DNA of 63,578 nucleotides, counting the filler, from Platydemus manokwari (Eukaryota): the NCBI GenBank assembly GCA_037951405.1. It is 6 parts of 6 records of this genome, joined end to end, with 100 filler letters (N's around TTAATTAATTAA, not from the genome) between each part and the next. Parts side by side here need not be neighbours in the genome. Positions count along the whole stretch, not along the records: positions 21,272 to 30,071 come from JBBMOY011348094.1; positions 30,172 to 41,420 come from JBBMOY010817758.1; 4 more parts are not named here. One strand, written 5' to 3'. How positions within the stretch are numbered: position 1 is the stretch's first letter; the number at the start of each line of letters is the position of its first letter. Below the pieces are notes generated by a model, which made no database searches, was not told the DNA's origin, and saw nothing but the letters and a program-made list of their open reading frames with translations. Shown here one piece after another: positions 26,201 through 40,400 of this stretch. The translations under genes and the position numbers were made by a program.

Positions 26201-29200
26201 GAAACCCTCGAAATCCTTACATTAGTTTTTAGACACTTTTAATATTATAAATTCTTCGATGATAAGTGATTTTCCAACATAGTTAATTCTCAAATGAAGC
26301 AGATGCCACGCACTGATAACTTTTTTGATGATAAAGTATTTGCGGAGATATTACTATAACGTCGATGACAAACTAGTCGAAAACCTTAATAAACACGCTG
26401 TCATAATCCCGTGAGATAGAACACACAGGCAGAGACACAACTGCTTCAAGCAGCCAGTAAGAGGTCTATGGATTTTTCGTTGCTAATTGAACCTCTTCAT
26501 TTGAACAGTACATTGTAACAAGAAGATACAGGCACGTCAAATGTTTTAAATAAAAAATAGGATCTCCGGAGTCAGTAATCAAAATTCGTGGTCAAGTTCC
26601 AGCACATGATCGACCATCAAAATTCAAATTTTCATAAATAAACATAACAGATACTCACTGACTATTGGAGTTGGCCAGTCTTTATCATTTTTCAGGTTAT
26701 CCTATAGATTCCGAACTCTTTTTGTGCGATTTATTCTGGTTATGAATATTGTATTTAATCGAACTTTGTGTATGACAGCAAGTATTTCATGTATTGTTAT
26801 CATGTATTGTTAACACAACTAAAATCAATAAAAACCATATTAATATAATAAAAGACCATTATTTGACAATTAGAAATCTCAAATCTGTCTTCAGTAATTA
26901 AAACAAAACTTCAATCTATTTATCAATTTTACTAGCTGCCTCGTCATCTATTTGTTTTCTACGACTACAACAATTCTTAATTGTCCAGACATTCTATGTT
27001 GTTCCAAATTCTGTATGTGTCTTCCTCAAAATTGAAGCGGAAGCTTTAGTAAATCATTTGTTTTGCAATATTAAAATAGAATTGATGCTTACATATAACA
27101 ATTCATTGAGAACATCAATGTTTGAAAATTTGTTGTGATTATATAGAAACAATTTAAATTCATTTCGTATGAGTTTCAGTATTTATATAAAATTTAGACC
27201 GGGAACAAATTGTGTTACCTTTTATGATTCAAAAATGTTGCTTAATGGGATATTTTTTTAAAAAATTTAAAAATAATTATTAATATATTATCTGAAATTT
27301 ATTCAAAATTAATCTTTCCAAATGAAACCCATGATGAAAGTAGGTGGGAAAAATAAAATAAACTCTGGTTAAACTATGAAATAATGATTGAACTTATTAT
27401 AAATATACTGTAAAGTACAATTTCTGTTTATTGTGAGAAAATACAATTTTTAATGTCGTCAGATTTCTTCATTTATTCATAGAATATCTGAACTATCAGC
27501 TCAATGTTAAATTACGGAAATTACAGTCATAGATATGATGCATTTTGTTTAAATAATGAAATTAAACTATTCCAATAATAGAGAGTATTGATATGTAAAA
27601 ATAGCGAACTATTGACAGAGGAGATATAGATAACTTAAATCCTTCACCATTCATTGATTAGCAAGTACAATTGTCCCACCTATCTAAACTTAGACAGTTT
27701 AATAAAGGACAATCGATACATATATACAAAAGCAAAATTCCCATTCAACTTATCATAATGAGTTCATCAATTATAGCGTGTTGCTTGTGATTAAAAATTG
27801 GGGACAAAATAATTAATTGAGAAACAAAGTCATTCATAATTAAAATAAATGAGTTCCGTTAATTTGCTGTACATCAACAAGTTTAAAACAAGATTATACA
27901 AAATAGTCCTTGTTTGTCAAAATCTCATTTTTAAATTACAGATTTGACAATAAGTTGATATTTATTATTAAACAAAAACCTAAAACGTGGAATATAACAT
28001 CGAATTAAAACACAAAATATACAAGTAACATTATTAACTATATTCATTAATATCATCTATCAAACCAATATCATAACCAACAATATGTAAAACATTATCA
28101 TTTATTATACAACTTCGATTAGCTTTAGTGCGGAACCGATTGATTGGCGAGATTATTATTTATTACTATCAAATTAAGAATTTATTGCTAAATTTGCTTA
28201 ATATCTTATTAGATATGTATATTGTCTAAAAATAATTGATTTCCTGTCATTTGGATGATACTAGTCGACTCAATACAATCGTTGCATTGCAAATTGATTA
28301 TAATTCATTTTTATGTTCGCGATAAATTAAATAGCAACTCATTAATCAGTTATGTCAGGAAAATTCATGATAACCTATAAAAATTAATTAATTCTCATTC
28401 GCGCATAATTTGAGTTAAATAAACAAGAGATTTTTTTTCAAATAAAATTATTTATTTTATTTTGAGAAATTTACTAATTAATGTAATATTTTAATTAAAT
28501 AAACATTATATGTTAAGAAATATTCTTATTTAATTTATTTGAGAGTATTTGTTTTGTTCTTAATATTTTTTATGAGTTTCAGTTTGTTATTAGCTTCTAA
28601 CATTTTAACTGTATTGAGATTTCCACAAATTTATAAAAAAATAAGTTGATTTAAATTGTGCATAAACAAGTTGATATCTGCAATATTTATTATCTTTGGC
28701 CGTCAACGTTTCACATCCTGAAGAATTAATAGAATTACCCTAACGAAGAACGGAAAATCATTAGTCATTGAGAAAGTCAATGTCCAAAATTGCGATTCTC
28801 GATTCAGGAAATTTTGACTGAGCTTGATATATGGGAAATGATTTAGTTAATTAATGACCAATTATTTATAAGAATATTCAGTTTTAAAATTTTATCGAAA
28901 TTATATTATTCTAGTATAAAAGTACAATAATTAATTATATTTGACAGAATAAAATTATACGGATTTGTGATATAATCTAAATAATATCTATTAATTATGG
29001 TGGCTGACTTAAATAGAAAGTTGAAATATTTATATTTGAAGAAAATCTACAGGTAAAATGTTATGGAGACGTTCTAGTGAATAAGGAGGTCAAGCTTTAA
29101 GACAACAAGTAAACTCGCATGAAAATTCTATAACAGAAGTTATATTGTTTTAGTTTGCTTCTGTCCTGATTTGTTTGTATAATCATTCTGATGACCAATA

Positions 29201-30621
29201 TTTTATAGTCTTTATTTTTATCGCTTTTATCTCTTTGATGCTGATCCATAGTGAATTATTAATTGACTTTACTAGTTGAATGCGATTCACAGAGTGCGAG
29301 CATTGTTTATTTAATTTTAAAGTCTAATTTTTATTTTAACTCTATGATTATAATTACAATTTTGAATATTCTATGTCAGAAGATATGTGCATGACATCAC
29401 TAGAAACTATTAACTAAAATATAATGTCATATGACTTCTTAATTTAATTTTTATTTGAATCCAATAAGGATCTACATTGCAAATTAATCCGATTTTGTCC
29501 TATTAATTTATAATTACGATGTCTTGTAATGACGATTTTATCATTGCTCAAAATTCTTGGAAGATCTCATAACTCTGACAAAAAACAGCCAAATTTCTTC
29601 AATGTAAACACCTATGTATCGATATTTTCTTATGTCCATGTTTAAAAATAATCATCATTAATTTCCAATCCTTCGAAATCTTTTTTTACATCTCAATCAA
29701 ATTAAAGAAAAGTTGGTCATCGATTTTTGAAGTCTATTTTTTCAATGAATGTATTTTCAAGAGACTTGGTAAAAAACTAGAGATAGTGGTTGATATTATA
29801 AATTATTTGCTAACTTAATGCGTTCAAGCAAAAAATTTTCCTACTTGAGATGCTCTATCGATTATTTACGAGAGAAAATGAAAATTATGTATATTATATT
29901 ATTAGCAAATCAAGATATGAATAATGGCTTTGAAACTCACTCAGAAGACTAATTATTCTCTATAACATAAGCATTCATATAAAAACAATCTTTTAAATCG
30001 AAAAAGTAAAGCAAACCTATTCTCTTTATTTTACCATTTAAAGTTTTTAATGAATTTAATATTATTATTTGNNNNNNNNNNNNNNNNNNNNNNNNNNNNN
30101 NNNNNNNNNNNNNNNTTAATTAATTAANNNNNNNNNNNNNNNNNNNNNNNNNNNNNNNNNNNNNNNNNNNNAATAACAATATTTTAACTCCTTCATTCAT
30201 GGAATAATATGAGATTCAATAAATATAAAATAAGCTTTAATTATAATGTTCTAATTAAATATAATAGATTCTAGAGTAATTATTGTTAATAAAACACAAT
30301 GATATTATTTGGATATCTTTCTGAGAGAAGAAAAGAGGAATCAATATTTCCCATCAATTACTTTTATTCAATGAAAATTATTATTTATCGAGAAATGGTG
30401 TGATAAGGAGATTATTAATAATTATCAAAATATCAATTATAATAACACTAGCTTTGATTATAATTAATTATTATTGACTTCAAAATTTTACTGAAATAAT
30501 GTTGATTGTATTAATTGTCAAATTATAATTAATGAGATCAACATAATCTTTTCTAATGATATTCCATATCTTTATCTCACACATTATATATTAATAAACA
30601 AATAATAATAATAATAATATT

Positions 30622-33600
30622 TTAGAAAATATTTTTACTGTATCCATTTGGAGTGTATGAAGACGTTTTTTGAACTGGAACTGGTTGTTTTGATTTTAAT
30701 GTTGGAGGTTTGTACTGAGAAATACGAGGTTTATAAAATAAATTTCAATAATTAATGTATTACCACAGGTTTTTTAGATGCAGCACCTCCTCCTCTAGGA
30801 CCCAATTTCGCTTGTTGCTCTTTACAAAAAGGAATATGACGGTTGCAAGCATCTTCATTAAATCGTCTTTGACAATATGGACATTGCATAAGACCTAGAA
30901 TTGAATTATTTTTACAAATAACTCTAGCAAATCACTATTTATATTTTAAAGATAACTATTAAAAGGCTAAATATGAACCAAAATAATACTAATATTGATA
31001 TAATTGTTAAAAATAGAATTGTAATAGTAATTGAAATGATAGTCATAGAAATCAAATTAATATCATTAAAGTTTCAAATCTACCACTTAAATGAAATATT
31101 AAAAAAATCTCATGAAAAGATACTCAATCTTATATTTCATTATTCAAGAAACATTAACATTCACGTCATCAAGATCATTCTACAAAAGCTATTTGTAAAT
31201 TAATTCATAAATTCATTTTTCAAATTTAAAAAATTAATATTTTATCAGAATTTTCTCCAAAAAAATTTTAATCAATGCAAGCAAATAATACACTAGAAGG
31301 CCAGTTTCTTAGTCTTTTATACTCATCAATATCGGGTATACAATAAACCAACCATTTCATAATTCGCTCACCAGTGAATATGATCAAGGGTTGCGATATA
31401 ACTTCATTATCACTCAAATTTATTAATAAAATTTTGAAATTGAAGCGTGAACACCGATTTTTATTATTAGAGGTTTATATAACTATAACAATGCCTAAAT
31501 ATATTTGAAAAATAATTACAATTGTAAACATTCTATTTTTAAATTGCACTAAGTTTTATTGATAATGTGCTAGTATATTTCATTGTAACAAGAGAATTTC
31601 TATTTATTTATAGACTTGAAAAGCCACTCTTTTTTGAGTAAATATTTTCGAATTCTCGAATTAATCGTCCACAGTAACAACAATACATACCGATCACAAT
31701 TTTTATTGTGCCAAAAACAATGTAACCATGGAAACGACTACAACTCCTAATCTGTAAATGACTAATTTTAGAGTGATGACTAATCAAAAATGATTCATCG
31801 AATGAATTGAAATTGGTTTGATTGGTTAACTTTACATGAAATAATTCAACAATATCACTTGTCTGTGAATGTTTTGGTATTCTAGTTTAAAAGATGAAAA
31901 TCAAATCAAATATCAAGTCGAATCACAATCGACTTACTATTAATATGAATTTAATATAACTAAAGTCTAGCTTTTTGTTCATTGAATTATTAATGGATCA
32001 TTGTATTTCAACAATCAGTCGGTTTAAATCACTATAATACGATTTATATTTGTCATAGACCTCGATTTTGTTTGACGTTATTTGAATATATTTTCGAAAT
32101 AATTATGTTATTAATAAAAAAATGTTTTGGAAATATTGATGATTATAATTTTAGTTTGTAAGAGACATTGTCGTGTGTAGAAAAAAATCATTAAATACAT
32201 TAAATTTAGAAATGTAGATTTACTAAACAGGTGCAAATATTCATACAAAAAATATTAGAGATGTTTAAAAGCAATCAATGAATCGACGATGTTCACAAAA
32301 ATAGAAAGAATTTATAATTGTCGAACAAAGTTCATAAGAATCAGAAGTTTCTCGGATAAATTTCGACTATAATCATTCAAATCAAGTTGAATCTGTTTCA
32401 GTATTAAATCGTCCATAAAAAGGTTTTAATATGAAATACTCTTTACTTCACCTAAAATCATAAAGAGAATCAGAAAAAAAATCTGAAAATTACAACCATT
32501 TAAAACAAAAATTTTAAATATTATGATAAAATAAACAGAACACTTGCAAATTAAGATAATAATGGAAGAATATAAAGTTTATGAAAACAAATCCCTTGAA
32601 ATTTTAATAAAGAAAATTGCCACTGGTTTCAAGATTATTTTTTACGTCTATTGTATACCCCATCCCAACTTTATTTCCATTAACTGACGCGATTAAACAC
32701 TAGTTCTGCTAAATTTTGAAATGATAATATTATTGTTATTCTATCCGTGATTTTTAATTCTATAGCAGAATAATAATTTAACCTGATCGAAAATCGCCAT
32801 AAAAAATCGATTAAATTTGTTTTAATGAATAACAGAGATGAACAAAATTCCGATTTAATTATATTTATATGGTTTATATTTTTTTTTTTAATATTTTTCT
32901 TTTATTATTATTTTATAATCGAAAGAAATAACCAGTACAGGAAATGAAATATTTAAAAAAGGATTTTTTTAATTTCATTTATTAATTGAATAAATTTTAA
33001 ATATAAATTGATTTATAAATTATTTTTAATGCTCTTCTATTGATCATTACACGGTTACGTAATTCATTTTTGAATGAAATAATTATTTCACAAAATAAGA
33101 AAAAATTAATGACTGCTTCCTGTGATATTCACCAAATGCAATGAAAAAATAAATTAGCATTAATTAACACACATTATTTTTATTAATAAATTATATGATT
33201 GCTTGTTTTTGTTCTTTTGACTGCTAAAAATGCAAATAAAACACTTTTACAGATTGCTCTATGAGAAAAATTATGACATTTAAAATGCGAGAGAAACACA
33301 ATTCTAGATTTAAAACAAACCCAAAGTTTCATTTCGAAGAAAAAATATGAAAAAAAAATGGATAAAATCAGCATAAATATCAACAATAAATATAAACGAA
33401 AGACCAAATATTAAAGATTCTTGACAAGGATTTTAGAGAATATGATTTATTATTATTAGATTTAAGCTAATGTTTAATAATAATGAGTAATAATAACAAA
33501 AAATAAAATAATAATAATAATATAATAAAGATAAAAATATAATTAAAATAATAATTAATTATAATATCAATAACAAATAATAATTAACTCATATAATTAT

Positions 33601-34177
33601 AATTTATTATATAACAGTAATAAAATATAAATTACTATAATTATAAAGCAATATTTATAAAAATGAAAATCGATAAAAAGTTAAAATCAAAAATTACTAG
33701 TGTCAACCACCGGTGGTGGAGGTGGAGGTAAAGGAGCTCCCGTATTTTTTGCAATAGCATAATTTCGAGCAGCTTTAAATGAGTTGATTAATTGTTCATG
33801 TTTCGCTCTCCATTGTTTTGTTTTAGCTTCAGCTTGAGCTAATTTCGGATCTGCTTTCGGTATTTCACCTGGTTTTAAGGTTTTATTTAGTGGAACATCA
33901 CTGCCTTGAGCCCGTTGTTTACCACTGTCGAAAACTTTCCGCTGTTTTCTGTTACTCTTGATGCATATTGGTTCGTGCTTTTTCTAAATTATTAATAATT
34001 TAATATGATAATAATTTGGAAAATTAAATTTAAAAAAAATTAAAAATCGTATTACCAAAACATCAGGGCGAAAGTTTCTTCCACAGCAATTGCATGGAAT
34101 GAGTTCAAAATCACCTTCTAAGGAAAAAACAAAATTGATATTAGTTAATTAATTTTGGTTAAATACAAACCATCCAT
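30622..34177 (-). CDS. ZC2HC1A: Zinc finger C2HC domain-containing protein 1A-like
   Basis: Exons 34177-34171, 34117-34056, 33983-33698, 30894-30764, 30714-30622 give MDEGDFELIPCNCCGRNFRPDVLKKHEPIC…RKVFDSGKQRAQG…WRAKHEQLINSFKAAR…LPPPPPPVVDTSLMQCPYCQRRFNEDACNRHIPFCKEQ…YKPP. This has two C2HC fingers and the family's conserved linkers. The last exon may instead splice onward towards the gap. Confidence 0.88.
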
Positions 34178-35579
34178 TTAAAATATTTACGCGTCGCTTT
34201 GTTACAAATGAATCTTAATGAAATGATACACTTAAACAAAAAGATATATGTTATGCATTTTCACTATTTTTAAATGATTTTGAAATGTTTTCTGAACAAG
34301 CGTAATGACAAAATGAAAACCTGCACATTAAAAAAAATTCAACTAGTACTATTTTGAAAGATAAAGATTAGAACTGATTTCTTTGAGGTATACAATGTTT
34401 AGATTTCCTAGGAGTTCGTGTTGCATGTAATTTTAAATAGTCATAAATACAAAAATATAGAATTAATAAATCTTAAACCACCAATTAAAAAAATTTCAGT
34501 ATATTTGAGAAAACACTTGTATTCATCTGAACAAATTTTAATTACTGCAAAAATATATTTAATTGAACAAATGTATTTTAGATAAAAATATAGATGATAA
34601 CAATATTATGTACATATTTGGTTTCGATAATAAAAAATCAAAATTTTTCGGAAGTTAATTTTGTGGAATTTATAAACAACTTCAGATTCTTCATGTTTAT
34701 AGAGTTAATCCCAACAATCTTGGTCAATTAGTTTTACTCTTCTTGGGGCATTATAACCAGTGCCTTTTCCAGAACTGTAGTAGAAAAGCTTGTCGTTTAT
34801 GTGTGTATACAAGTAGTGATTTATAAACTTATTGTTATAATTGTATAGCCGTAGTAATTTATATTAATAAACGTGTATTTATCAAGGAATATAGTTTTGA
34901 TATTAAATCGGAAAATGCCATTAAGTTCCACAATCATTTCTGTTAATATTATCATCATCAAAATCACCTCATTATCTTTTTTGCAAGGTATAGTTGAGGC
35001 AGTTAAAGGTTAAAATTAATATAAAATCATTATAACAATATCTAGAGTAGCTCATCCCGAATTTGTATGTGTATTGGTGTTGATCGAGGCGAAGGAACAT
35101 CAAGATATTAGGTTTAATGACTGTCTGTGGGTCATAAGGAATCAGAGAACTTATTAGACTCAGATATTTTCAAAAGCGAGTAAAAGTTCAAAATTTGAAA
35201 TTAAAATAAAAGAAATCAGAGACTTCGAAAATCATCATGAGATACAGTTATGACAGGATATGTGAGGTATCAAAGTGCAAAACTGGAAAGAAATTTTCAT
35301 ATTAATCTTCCAGATGAGACCAATAAAATTTGATAATAAATCGATGATATTCACGGAGAAAAATAATGAAGGTAACTGAAAATTATAGACTTTATTGATT
35401 TTCATAGAAATGAAAATTTTCGTAATGAATGAAATGTTTTTATTGTTATTATTATTATAAACATAAGGGAAAATGGTACAGTGTTGTTCAAATTGAAAAA
35501 TTTTGCCTGATTTTGAATAATTCAATAATATTACAATAATTTTGTTAAAAAGCACACCGCTAGATCTTTCAAAATGGAC

Positions 35580-38500
35580 ATCTTCTTCCTAAAACTTAGT
35601 GGTCATCACGGGACTACTGTAGCCAGTCAAAACCACAAATGGATTGTATACTGAAAACTTGAACAATGACAATATCATGAATCTAAGCACAACCAGAATT
35701 AACATTGGATGCAACGTCTCAACTAAGAGACTCACTAAACCGAATCTCAACCAGTTCTCTCTTCTCATTAATTACCTTGATTCATTAGCCTGTAGATTGG
35801 AACAATGCAAGCACTGTCCAAACAGCAAACACAACTCCTTCTCACCTAACGAAATCATATGAACAACTGCAAAATGCACAAAATTGCAAACCTATTATTG
35901 GAAGTATGCCAAGCCAAGTAAGCTCCTATGCCTCCTCGAGTGCAAATGTAATAGCTACTCCAACAATTACATCTCCAGATTCTCTGATTTATAGCTATTC
36001 CAAGAAAAACCGAAAAAATCATGTCTAGCAATTAATAGTGACTCAACAAATACAGCTTTCGAAGTACTGCAAAACATCCAACGCTGTTGCAGTACGTGTG
36101 TTAACTCATTCAAAACAATGATATCCAAATGCAAAACCAAAAGAGAGCAACAGACAGACTGCAAGCTAAAATTCGATCAAATTATCCCAGAGAGCGAAAA
36201 ACTAATCGTATGTTCCTGCAATAAGTGCTACAAAAAAGCTCCACAAATAATTAAACAGTTTGAAATAAATTAAAGAAAATGTTATACACTCTGCAAGAGA
36301 TACTCCACAAACAACAGAGCCTAAACCTGTCACAAATAAAAGTCAACCCCTCGTAAACAAGGTGCAACAAATAGCCTTTGATTATCCAAGGATATCCCTT
36401 ATTGAGAACAAAGAACAGCAAACTAAAGAAGCTCATCATAATTCAACATTTTATCAAAACAATACAGCCTATCCAAATCAATCTCAAAACAACCATCAAA
36501 TTGCAAATCATCAAGCTGACATAGATATTGATGATGTTCTCCTAACTTAAACCACAAAATTCTCCAATATTTCACCATACACTTTCAGATTCTGATGAAG
36601 AAAGTACTCCAGAGAAGACCACTCAACAACAAAATACTAACCGAACTAGCTACAACGTGCAGGTGAACTACATACCGCTTTCACAATTTCTATCTAAGCT
36701 GTATAGTGGATCCCCAACAACATCAGCTTTCATGTCGCTAATCAATATACGGAAAGCACAATGTAACTTGTGCCCGAATATCTTCAAGTTCCCGTTCGCC
36801 AACACCACTATTGTACCAAAGCAATCTAAAAATCACATAACATCAACCTTCTATCAGAATAGGCTGTGAATGCTTGTGTGGGTTCATTGGAGTGGTAACA
36901 CCATCTAGATTGCATCTTGACAAACACAAAGCCGAAAATCCGTAATCAAACTAATTTCATGAGCTCAACAATCTTCCTGTTATCAGCGAAGGCATAAAAT
37001 CGCAATGACTATAAAATCTCACCATTGAAGTCTACTTCTCAAATAAAATGACAGAGATCAAAACTCATATATTCATTAAACCACAACTGGCTAACGCAAA
37101 CATGAACCAAGACTTCGAAACTTTCTATCTATCCTTTCAACGTTCAAAATCTCCTTTTGGTTATCATAATCACTGGAACCTATATATCACTAATCAAACT
37201 AAATCATGCTCATTCTTTATTTATCCTTCAACCCAATATTTATCAGATTGCCAGAAATCACTGTGAAATAAACTGGACTCACTACTGCAAAACCTTCAAG
37301 TAGTTAAAGCATTTATCACGTATAAACAATCATCACTTACCTGTCTTCCAAAGCAATTTGAAACTTCCTTCCATTTTCAGTACCAAAATTGTTGCTTACA
37401 TTGGAGGTAATCATAGAACACTATTCATTTGCAATCCCACTTTCATTATCTCAACTTCTCACCTACGCTACCGCGTATCGAAGACAAATCAAACCTCAAA
37501 CAGACCAGATTAACCGAAATTGACAAAACGTTCCAGAACTGGCATGGTGTACAAAGACTGGAGCCAGATTGATCTACAACATCTGTTCCTCTCATCATTA
37601 TTTACAGGATCCTTAAAACGAAAATAATATCTAAATGAAGTAAGGAAAACAATCAACTTCCCATATCACTACATAATGGAGAACAAATGCCTTGACTCAT
37701 ACAGGATAATCACCACAAATGAATTGACTCGGGGCAATCTAATATATTAAAACCAAAAGGCAATGTTTGCCTCGGACAATAAAGACCTCCATATATGCTA
37801 GATCAATTTCAAAGAAGCATTCCAAGCCTAGCACATGAGATCATCTGGTATGCCCTGGACAAAATTAGCTGCAATATGCATTACATCAAAATGATAAAAT
37901 TCCTCTATAAATACACCAAATCAACTTATTCTTGTGGTCGGATGAAAACATCACCAATACCAACACATCGTGATGTCAAACAAGGATGTCCTCTGTCAAT
38001 GATATTATCCTGCCTTTTAATTAATTACCAAATCAAATCATCAACAACACGGCCGAAGCCTCCGACAATGTATGATAATCAATATTCGACATTAGACTAC
38101 GCTGATGATATAATCATTCTGCCAACTTCAGTGAGAACTTAGAACCTAGGTTGAACCATCTTATTCATCTTGCTAACAATATCTATCTACACATCAATGT
38201 CGACAAATGCGGATACTTCACCAGAAACATCTTAAACAGAATTGATCTTACAATCTCCAATGAATCTGTGCCAATTGTGGACAAAATCATTCTGTAAAAA
38301 TATCTAAGCGTCCCACTTGGTCTTTCAAAACATACACCAGTCAATGATATTCTTCAATCAATTATTGCTGACTTTTGAAGCAATAGTAGAATCTAAGCTA
38401 CATTCATAACAGAAATTCCAAGTCTACAATATATTTATACATTAAAGGCTGCCATTTCACTTCAGAACACAAAAAGTTGAAACAAAGGCCCTAGACTCCC

Positions 38501-39360
38501 GCACTCTCATCACAAACTGAGATGAATAACATGTCCAATCATTTGATAAGAAAATCCGTGCCATGTGTCCTAAAATTTTAAAGCTTGGCGGTTTGAAATT
38601 GAGCAACAACTTCTTTCTACACGCTTCAACAAAAATGGATGAAATTGGCCTAGCCACTTCTTTAGTGGAATACTGTATCCAAAGCATTGTCTGCGATTTC
38701 AGATTCATGGCAACTCCTGGACCAGGAATTCAGAACTTTCATCTAACTGACTTAATCAAATAGAAGCTACTGGATGTTTCAGAGTTAAATACGACATTGT
38801 ACTGGATCCCTGATAAAATCACATCCAATAAAAAAGCACAAAAGCAATGTCACAGAAATTCAATTGAAGGTGACTGTCAAAACGGCCAGGACTTATTTCT
38901 TCTTAAATGACAACAGCAGGAAACTGTGTGACATCCTGCACGACTCGGCATCAATGACTCTCTTCAACGAATAGTCAACCATGAAAAAGCAAGGCAGAGT
39001 GGTGCACTGCTTTTTGGCCTCATAATTATCACAGAAACCTTTAAAAAATTTCAATTTATTGACAAAAGCTGAACTTCAATCATACTTTATTAAATTGAAC
39101 AAATCAACTTTGTACCGAACAGGAAACTGACGCATATATCTTCATTCATTATCTAGCTGTGCCAGGCTAAGCTTCGAAAAGACAAGTAATTCTTCTGAAC
39201 CACCTTGGACATTACTTCAGTAATTCAAGAGATGAGCAACGATTTTCGCCAATATTTGGAGTCAACATCAGAGGCCAAACTCGCAAGAAAGTTTCAAAAT
39301 TTTACTCGTCACCTCCAGAGTATAGCTGAAGCTAATGGAGACTATGTCTAGGCTCTGTTA
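35580..39360 (+). mobile_element. Decayed RLE-type non-LTR retrotransposon (NeSL/R2-like), copy 1
   Basis: Zn-finger 'AQCNLCPNIF…' (~36760), Ulp1-like 'HNHWNLYI' (~37165), RT motifs 'INFKEAF/SLAHEIIW', 'DVKQGCPLS', 'YADDII' (37790-38120), then a 'CTEQET…IFI' / 'LNHLG' region (~39110-39210). Many stops and frameshifts; ends approximate. Confidence 0.85.
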
Positions 39361-39579
39361 TTATTTACTAAAACTTTTAGCTTAATTGCACATTCGATTT
39401 TCACAAATAAATGTTTTAAAATGTATTTTTTTGTAGATTTTTATAAGATTTCAATTATGTAGAAAAACGAAATTTTTTTCCGGCCCCTTTTTAAAGAAAT
39501 TAATTTTATGAAAACCATAGACTGATGTGAGGACTTGTATCACCACGTCCTGCAGATTTTGATGTGTATGCAAAATAAA

Positions 39580-40400
39580 TTTTAGTTTTCTGACATTAGA
39601 TCTAATTGCATGAACATTTTGGAATAGAACATCTAGGGTTTTCCAAAGGTGATTTTTGGACTTTGAAAAAAGATTCGGATTTTAGAATATCAATTATTTA
39701 AAGATTCCGATGTTGGTTATTCCAGTGAATAGGCCAGCACATAGCTTTGCACGGGATGGGATGCAGGAAAGGAAAGAAATGGTAATATGATTTGTTATCG
39801 TGTTTATTGACCGCTATAACAGGTTGAGGCTTAATAAAATTTTGTTCCCTGGAATTCACAAGTTTCCAGGATTGACATTAATTGGGAACTCAGATCTTTC
39901 GGTGAGAGAGGGATGCGGGACATTTTTATTGTTGAAGAAATGGTAGCAATAGATTTACCACACACGGTAAACTTATCGGAATGGACATAGATCATAATCA
40001 TGTGGGTTGCAATGCTAATTGAACCTCGATGAAGTTCTGTTGGTTGATAAATTGGCATGGATTGGTTATAGTGATGCAAAGTATTGGCAGGAAATTGGTT
40101 ATTATAGAAGACATGTATTTTACGTTGGATTCAGGGTAATTATCAGAGAGAATAGGTGTGCAAGGTTCTTCGATCGGTGCTAGGATTATGTCATCGGAAA
40201 CAATACAAGATTATTTCAGGCACATAAGTAATCAAATTTTGTCGTCTCGAGATGTACAGAGAGAGTTGGGGATTTGAAATGACATGGAGGTTTTAATTAT
40301 GTTTGGGTTAAGTGCTTTGCTATTGTCAGTACGAGGAAAGTACAAGAATTTGCTCGTTATTATTTGCGTGATATAGGTTAAAGGTTCTATTATAAAATTA
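39580..40400 (-). mobile_element. 5' fragment of the same retrotransposon family (copy 3) with the clearest Ulp1-like motif
   Basis: Minus strand 'FIKPQ…WPIHWNNQH(R)NL*IIDILKSESF…LWKTLDVLFQNV' aligns with copy 1 'FIKPQ…HNHWNLYITNQTKSCSF…L*NKLDSLLQNL'. 40130-40200 resembles 35665-35785. Confidence 0.7.

Noticed and set aside
29040-29075. 'KSTGKMLWRR' as the terminal PKSxTGKILRR motif of the 4CL-like gene
   Set aside because: Upstream residues and splice context do not fit, there are stops nearby, and it is on a different contig.
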